Positions 56,952-64,000 of a stretch of DNA of 64,000 nucleotides are shown in pieces; position 1 is the first letter of the stretch, and each line of letters begins with the position of its first letter. The notes beneath the pieces were generated by a model. That model searched no databases and was not told the DNA's origin. It was given only the letters and a program-made list of their open reading frames with translations. The translations under genes and the position numbers were made by a program. The stretch spans positions 2,604,001 to 2,668,000 of the forward strand of contig JANHCV010000001.1 in NCBI GenBank assembly GCA_025594325.1. The letters run 5' to 3'. The DNA is from Blastocladiella emersonii ATCC 22665. Its lineage: Eukaryota; Fungi; Blastocladiomycota.

Positions 56952-57310
56952 GCGCGTTGAGAACACGTCAACCGAGGCGTTGCCTCAAGTTCTACATTCA
57001 TTCTGATACATTCATTTCGTCTCGTCTACGACACGCTCGGCATCACTCGAACCATCACCCGTGGATCGGCGAGACGCGGAAGCGCGGTCACCTGGTGGTG
57101 ATGCCACGCACGTCACACTTCGCGTCGTTGAGGCAGCGGGCGACCGCGTTCGTTTCAGCATGACCGGTGGTTGGCCCGGCCGGCCGACGTGACCTCCGCC
57201 GATCCTGCGAAGACCCCCCAACAAGCGAGGCGTATAAAGATCGCGAGCCCGCCCGCGCCCGGTTCCCGCTCCCGCGCACGTCGACCTCGATTCCACGAAG
57301 CATCTCCACC

Positions 57311-58949
57311 ATGACCACCACCGTCAAGTTCGGCCCCTTCCTCGCCGCCGAGGACGTCTCCGTCGTCGCCAAGGCCGTCGTCGGCCCCAAGGGCACCGTC
57401 AAGCTCGCCGAGCTCGCCCAGGTCGCCGCCGCCGCGCCCTTCTCGGCCCTCGACGCCTCGGTCACCGAGCCCCTCCAGCTCAAGGAGAACGGCGCCTCGT
57501 CCGTCTCGGTCTGGCACAAGACTGACGCTGGTGCGTTTCGTCCGCTCGGGCCTCGCTTTACTTGGACCGGTTGTTGACCCTCGCCCACGCACCCCGTCAT
57601 CTAGGCCTCCAGCAGATCACATTCGCCGAGTTCGACAACTCCAAGTCGCGCAACATGGCCGTGCTCCGCACCGACACCCTGCGCGACACCGTCGCCTCGG
57701 CCGTCCCCGCCAAGGGCGACGCCCAGCTGACGCTCATCGTGGCCTCGGCCGCCGAGGCGTACGCCGCCGGTCTCGCCGCCGCGCGCAACTGGCCCATCTT
57801 CACCAAGAAGACGGGCACCAAGGCCGCCGACCGCACCGTGTGCGTCGACTTTGTCGTGTCCAACGGCGAGGAGGTCAACTACGCCGAGCTCCAGGCCGTG
57901 GCCGAGGCGATCCGCAACACGCAGCGCCTGGTCGACTCGCCGTGCGACGTGATCAACACCGACACGTACATTGCCGAGGTGCACCGCGTCGTGGCCGAGC
58001 TCAAGGAGCACGCCGAGGTGACGGTCGAGATCATCCGCGGCGAGGAGCTGCGCGACCGCGGCTTCGGCGGCCTGTGGGGCGTCGGCAAGGCGGCCGAGTT
58101 CCCGCCCGCCCTCGTCATCCTCACCCGCAAGGCCGCGGCCGAGGACGCCAAGACCGTTGCCCTCGTCGGCAAGGGTATCGTGTACGACTGCGGCGGTCTC
58201 TCGCTCAAGCCCACGACCGGCATGTCGGGCATGAAGTCGGACATGGGCGGCTCCGCCGCCGTGCTCGGCGCCTTCCAGGCCATCGTCACCACGGGCGCCG
58301 CCAAGGACACCACCGTCCATGCCCTCCTGTGCCTCGCTGAGAACGCCATTGACGCGAAGAGCTACAAGAACGACGACATCCTCCATATGTACTCGGGGAA
58401 GACCGTCGAGATCAACAACACCGACGCCGAAGGTCGTATCACCCTTTTTTCGAGCATTATTGGCCAAGGAACGAAAACTGACCCAATTACCACTCCTCTC
58501 GTATAGGTCGCCTCGTGCTCGCCGACGGTGTCGCGTACGCGTCGCGCCACCTCGCGCCGACCGTCATCGCCGACATTGCCACGCTCACGGGCGCGCAGCT
58601 GATCGCCACGGGCAAGCTCCACGCCGGTGTCATGACCAACTCGGACGACGTCGAGTCGCGCATCATCACGGCCGGCAAGGCCACGGGCGACCTCGTGTTC
58701 CCGATGCTGTACGCGCCCGAGTACCTCAAGAAGCAGTTCGACAGCCCCGTCGCCGACATGAAGAACTCGGTCGCCGACCGCATGAACGCGCAGTCGTCGG
58801 CCGCCGGCCACTTCATCGAGGCCCACCTCGACGCCGAGTACAAGGGCGACTACCTCCACATCGACATTGCCGGCCCCTCCGAGGACGCCAAGACCCGCGG
58901 CACCGGCCACGGTGTCGCCCTCCTCTACCACTTTGTCAAGAACTTCTAA
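57311..58949 (+). CDS. M17 leucyl aminopeptidase, NPEPL1-like; 3 exons
   Basis: VGKGIVYDCGGLSLK, MKSDMGGSAA, CLAEN, KTVEINNTDAEG-RLVLADG, DIATLTGAQ, HIDIAGP. Confidence 0.92.
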
Positions 58950-59084
58950 GTTGCCCAGCTAGATGTGGTGGCCGGGCGGCGCGCGCGCTGTCTGGATCGG
59001 ACCTTGTATAATAAACGACACCTTCTCCACAAATATCCCATGTCTTCATTCGTGTGCAGTTTTATTCTGGTGAGAACAGCAAGG

Positions 59085-60496
59085 TCACTTGGCCTCGACG
59101 CGCTGTCGCTTCTCTGGCCGAGCTGCGTCGCCACCACCGCTCGCGGCAGCAGCAGCTGCTGCAAACAGCCCCGCGCTCGGGTTCGCGGGGGGCCCTCGGT
59201 CGCGCCGTGCCGCGGCCTCCTCGCGTTCCTCGTCGGCCTCTCGCCGCTCGCGCTCCTCCTGCAGCAGCCCGTACAGCTTCGAGTCCGGGTTGAAGGCCGG
59301 GTTGCGGCACGCCTTGGCCTTGATCCCGATGGCCTTGGCGGTCTCGGGGGCCACCTCGATGTAGCCGCGGATCGCGGCCATGGCGCCGTCCATGACGGGC
59401 CGCAGCGTCGCCGCGGCGTCGCCCGGCAGCTTGTCGCCGTGGTACAGGAAGGACGACTCGAACGGGAACCCGGTCTCGCGCGACGCCAGCACCCAGCACG
59501 CCATGGCGATCTGCGACGGGAGGTACATGACGACCGCGTCCGTCAGGATCGCCTGCCCGACGTACGTCGTCGCGGCGTTCCATGTCCGCTCCAGCAGCTT
59601 CTCGTCGAGGTTGGCGATCGAGCCCTACACATGGCACGCGTCAGTTCAGGTGTGCGACGCGATGAATGACATGGTCACGGACCTGGCAGTCGAGAAAGAT
59701 GCCGAAGCTCGCCTCGAACGGGTGCCGCACCCAGAACTCAAAGTTGAGCACCTCGCTGATCGTGAACTCGAGCTCCTGCACGCGCACCTTGTCGAGGCCC
59801 TTGATCCCGGCCACGAGCTTGCTGAGCTCGAGCATGTTGTTTTCGACCTTGCACGCGAGGAAGATGGACGTCGCCCTACCGATCCGTGCGTGAGTTGACG
59901 CTGATGGAGTGTGCGTTTGGGCGAGAGGGACGACGTGACGTACATGGTCAGGAGCGGATCGTACTCGATGATGCTCTTGTACAGGTAGAAGCGCTTCATG
60001 AACGCGATCGCCGTCGCCTAGCAGCACCGTCGAGCGTCAGTGGACGCGATCGAACCGAAGCCGACAGGGGAAACGTACGCGAACGAGCTCGTTGAGCTGG
60101 AACTTACGGCACACGCGGCTCATGTTCCCCAGGAACACTTGCACGTACTGGAACTCCTCGTCGGGCGTGACAAAGTCCATTTCCGCCGGCGGAGCGCTCC
60201 CTTCCTACGGTTTCCTCACGTCAGACGCGAGCTCAACGGATTCTCCAGCAGTGACAACGCACAAGCTCAGCCTCACGCAACATGGACTCGCGCGCGCGCT
60301 GCACGGCCTGCGCGTTCGCGTCGTGGCGCATCTGCGCGAGCTGTTCCTTCGAGAACCGCCAGTGGCGGAACTGCGACGAGGCCTCGTACGGCGGTGGCCG
60401 TCTTGTAGCAGCGGCAGGCGCGGCGGGCTCGGTTCCGGCGAACCCTCCTCCCGCGGACGACGATGACGCCTGGCGGCTGTGCGGAGCGCTGTTCAT
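59085..60496 (-). CDS. CCL1: Cyclin H (Ccl1/Mcs2), CAK/TFIIH cyclin; multi-exon
   Basis: YEASSQFRHWRFS, ATAIAFMKRFYLYKS, TSIFLACKVEN, QELEFTISEVLNFEFWVRHPF, YLPSQIAMAC. Confidence 0.9.
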
Positions 60497-60674
60497 GGTG
60501 CTGCTGGAGTCGTTGCAGCTAGATGCTCGCCTCAAAAGGCAGATTCATGGGGAGTGCACGTTCTGTGAGGGCGGACCAGAGGTCTGCTCGCGCTGTGACC
60601 CCGCTGCTGCCCGCCCGCGGCTTCTTCTCTCTCCTCCGCCCGTGAGTGATCAACCACAACGATTCCGGACTACC

Positions 60675-62577
60675 ATGGAACTCCCAAAGATCATCCTGCC
60701 CGCGGCGTATGCGCCGGCGAGCGGCCGCCACGATCCGAGCAAGGAGCAGGTTGTGGCCTACGCCGCGGCGCTCGCCGCCTTCATCGAGAAGAACCAGCAG
60801 TTCTACAACTTCCACGCCGTCGACTTCTTCGTGGACGGCACCTTCGAGGACGTGTGCCCCGAGGCGTGGCGCGGCGTCGTCGACAACGCGGCCGAGTCGG
60901 AAGAGACGTTCCTCGGGCACGTCATTGAGCTCGCGTCCAACGTCCAGAGTAAGCTCGACGAGCTGGAGGTCCGTCTTTACTCGCCGTACGCCGACTTGGA
61001 CCACCGCTCAAACCGCACGCTGTAGTCGGCCTGGCCTGCGTCGCTGCTCGACTTCATCCGGACGAGCCACAGCATCGGCCTGCCGCGCGACCCGCACCCG
61101 CTGTCGATCCCGCGGCACGAGATTGACAAGAACATTGGGCTCGGCATGACGCCCAAGAAGGTGCACGAGGTGTCGCACCTGGCCGCCTTCATCTCGCACG
61201 TCGCGCGGTCCGCCGGTGTCGCCAACCTCGTCGACCTCGGCGCCGGCCAGGGCTACCTGTCGTCGGTCCTCGCCCTCAAGTACGGCCACAACGTGCTCGG
61301 CGTCGACACGGACCCGATCCAGACCAACGGCGCAACGCGCCGTCGTGCGACGCTCTTCAAGCGGCTGCGGCACAAGCTCGAGGACCCCGGTCATTTGGTG
61401 TATCTGAACCGGCACATCACGGCGCAGGATACCTTTGACGGGCTCGTCCGGGCGCATGCCGAGGCCGAGGCGGCCGCGGTCGACGCCGACAACGCCGCCT
61501 TGAACCACGACGAGATCCCCGAGAACCTCCGCAACAACGAGCGGTACATGGCCCACCAGCGCAAGCGGTTGCGCCAGACCACGGACCTCGACTGGACCGA
61601 GGGCAAGTGGGGTCTGATCGGCCTCCGTACGTACTTCGGGCTGTTGCTCTCGTCTTCGCACCGCTAACCTCCGCCGCTGCGATACAGACACGTGCGGCGA
61701 CCTGAGCCCCATCACGCTGCGCATGTGGCGCGACTCGACGGCGGCGCTCGTCATCAACGTCGGGTGCTGCTACAACCACATCTCGGAGCCGTACGAGGAC
61801 AAGTTCGAGGAGGACATGCTGGCGCCGGGCACCCGCGACAAGTTCCTCAAGACGCGCATCATCAACGCGCCGCGCGGCGCGACCACCGAGACCGACCCGT
61901 CCTCCGCCGCCGCTGCGTCAGCCATGTGGACGACCGACGGCGCCGCCGCTGCTGCCGCACCTACGCCAATGCCCCTCGCGCCCGATGCGGCGTGCTCGGG
62001 CGCCGCCGGGTTCCCCATGTCCTCGGCGGTCGCGGCGCTCGACGTGCACCTCGGGTGGACGGCGCGCATGCTGGCGTGCCAGAGCACGTGCCGGTGGTCG
62101 ACGCAGGGCGACGCGGCCGCCGAGGCGTTCCGGCGCCACCTGTACCGCGCGCTGCTGCAGCAGTGGATCCACGCCGCCGCGGGCACCTCGCCCGTCGTCG
62201 CCGTGCACACGGCCAAGACGCGCCGCGGACATCTCCCGCCCTTCTCCGTGTACGCGCGGGGTGCGGTCGAGGCGCTGGCGCGCGATCACCCGGACGCCGA
62301 GTGGACCGCGGCGCTCGTGGAGAAGACGGGGATGGCGACGGATGCGGAGCTCGACGCGTTCCACGACGAGAGTGTGAAGCAGGGCGCGCTCAAGAAGATC
62401 GCCCTGGTGTGGACGCTGCGCGCGCTCATGGCCGAGGCAATTGAGAGCTTGATCCTCGTTGACCGGTACCTGTGGATCGTCGAGGACGGCCGCGGCGACG
62501 CGGTCCTGTTCCCGCTGTTTGACCACGTCGATAGCCCGCGGAACTGCGTGATTCTCGGGATCAAGCGCGAGGAGTAG
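60675..62577 (+). CDS. Methyltransferase-like 25 (METTL25/RRNAD1 family); 3 exons
   Basis: GMTPKKVHEV, LVDLGAGQGYLS, IGL(H)TCGDLS, INVGCCYN, GFPMS, RMLACQ, IESLILVDR, PLFD..DSPRN. Confidence 0.88.
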
Positions 62578-62653
62578 AGGAGTGTAGTGTAGTGTAGAGC
62601 AACTTTTAGCGTTTATTATGTATTTTTCTCTTGTACGATCAAACTCGGTACTA

Positions 62654-64000
62654 CTAGCCGCGAGGCGGGCGCGGCGACGCGGTCCCTGCACCTCCACCGA
62701 ACCGCGCGGGCGACGCCGTGGCCGAGCCGTGGCCCGCGGGCAGGTCCCAGCGCTGGAGACACGCGGTGAGAAGGGCCGCATGACCGACGCCCGCCGCGGA
62801 GGGACTGCCCGACCCCGCGTCAGTGTCGAGCGCAGCACCGAGCTTCTCGAGCGCGCGGGCCTGCTGGCGCGCGTGGTGCATGTTGGTCTCCTGGAGGTAC
62901 GTGCGGAACGCGGGGTCCTGGAAAAAGTCGAACATCGAGACGACCTCGGTGACGTTATCGCCTGCGCGCAGGCGGTCGTGGACCGCGGTGAGGTGGTCAA
63001 TGGCAGCGGCGGGGCGGCGCGCGAGGAGGCCGCGGGCGACGATGTACCGCTCCGAGTTGGCGGGCCGCGAGCTGAGCGGCTTGACGAGGGCCACCTCGCG
63101 GAACACGGTGTGCAGAATGTACACGAGGCCGGCCATAAACGGCGACAGCACGTCGTACACCTTGAGGACGAACTGGCCGCCCTCGGCGAGCAGGTGCAGC
63201 GCGGCGAGCACCTCGGCGAGCTTGAGGTGGCGCGTCAGGTGCTCCTGGCGGTCCTCGTTGCCCGCGACCGAGATCCCGCCGTCGGACGTGACGAGGGCGG
63301 CGCCGAGGCCCTCGGACCGCGCGTCGACAAACTCGCGCAGCGCGCGGATGTTGTCGAGGTTCAGCACGTCGCCGTCGCCCTCGCCCACCATGGTATCGTC
63401 GGGCGTGGTCCCGCTCGTGCGCGGCACGCCAAAGTGCGCCGTGAACCGGTCGCGCGCCTGCGCGTCGGGCGTAAAGTCGTCGGCCCAGAACCGCGTGTTG
63501 TGGTGCTGCAGGCCCGAGGCCTCGTCGGGGTTGTACGTGAACCCGACGCTGGTCACGTCGGTGCGGCCGCGCTGGTGCGTGCGCCACAGAATGTACTCGG
63601 AGAAGCCGCCGGGGCCCGAGCACATGTCGACGTGGACCGTCGGGCGGCCGGGGAAGCCGATGAGCTGGTCGACGATGCGGCACTCGGCATCGAGCTCGCC
63701 GAGTTTCACGGCGGCACGGTTGATGAAGATGGACTTGCCGATGCGCTCGTACGGGTTCGACAGGGCGCGCGCGCGCTTGAGGTGGTCCGTTTCGACCGAC
63801 TCGAGCTTGTGCTACACGGAATTGCGTCAGTGAAGGCCTTACGAGGTACGCGGATTCGAGGCAGGGTAGCGTACCTTGCCCTTGAGAACGCGCTCGACGA
63901 GATCGCCGTCCGAGAAGAGGCTGTGGTCGACCGTTTCCTTGCCCTGCAATCGGTCGAATCGTTAGCCTGCGAGCTGGATCAGAGACGCGAATCCTGCGCA
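62654..64000 (-). CDS. CMTR1: Cap-specific mRNA (nucleoside-2'-O-)-methyltransferase 1-like (FtsJ/RrmJ fold); 5' part beyond the window end
   Basis: LSNPYERIGKSIFINRAAVK, DMCSGPGGFSEYILWR, TSDGG, FVLKVYD, KPLSSRPANSERY; K-D-K-E tetrad recognisable. Confidence 0.85.

Noticed and set aside
1-64000. CRISPR arrays, rRNA and tRNA genes
   Set aside because: None recognisable by eye; tRNAscan-SE and barrnap would be needed to exclude them formally.

Overview
Gene-dense, GC-rich eukaryotic DNA with short GT-AG introns. The gene set (STT4, AVT3/4, RIB4, ERG27, REX2, AMD1, INO1, IMA1, STE50/Ubc2 together with animal-shared CMTR1, POLK, PSMD5, NPEPL1, GPR107 and METTL25 homologs) suggests an early-diverging fungus, possibly Blastocladiomycota (inference). 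About 27 housekeeping-type genes can be assigned from their translations. Four regions stand out. (1) A 1,942-bp TIR element at 42101-44042 (21-bp TIRs starting CACAC, GAT target-site duplication, subterminal CGGATTCCGCTG repeats, internal spliced-looking transcript) inserted in the divergent IDI1/INO1 promoter. (2) A lower-GC island at about 26.7-30.4 kb with two tandem, highly diverged paralogs of an unrecognised three-part protein family; the second copy carries two in-frame TAG codons. (3) An intronless phage/giant-virus-type HNH-like gene at 32080-33087 whose catalytic end looks eroded. (4) A divergent pair of a SUT/SLC45 sugar transporter and a bacterial-type GH15-like hydrolase. All calls come from reading the sequence by eye; no database searches were run.
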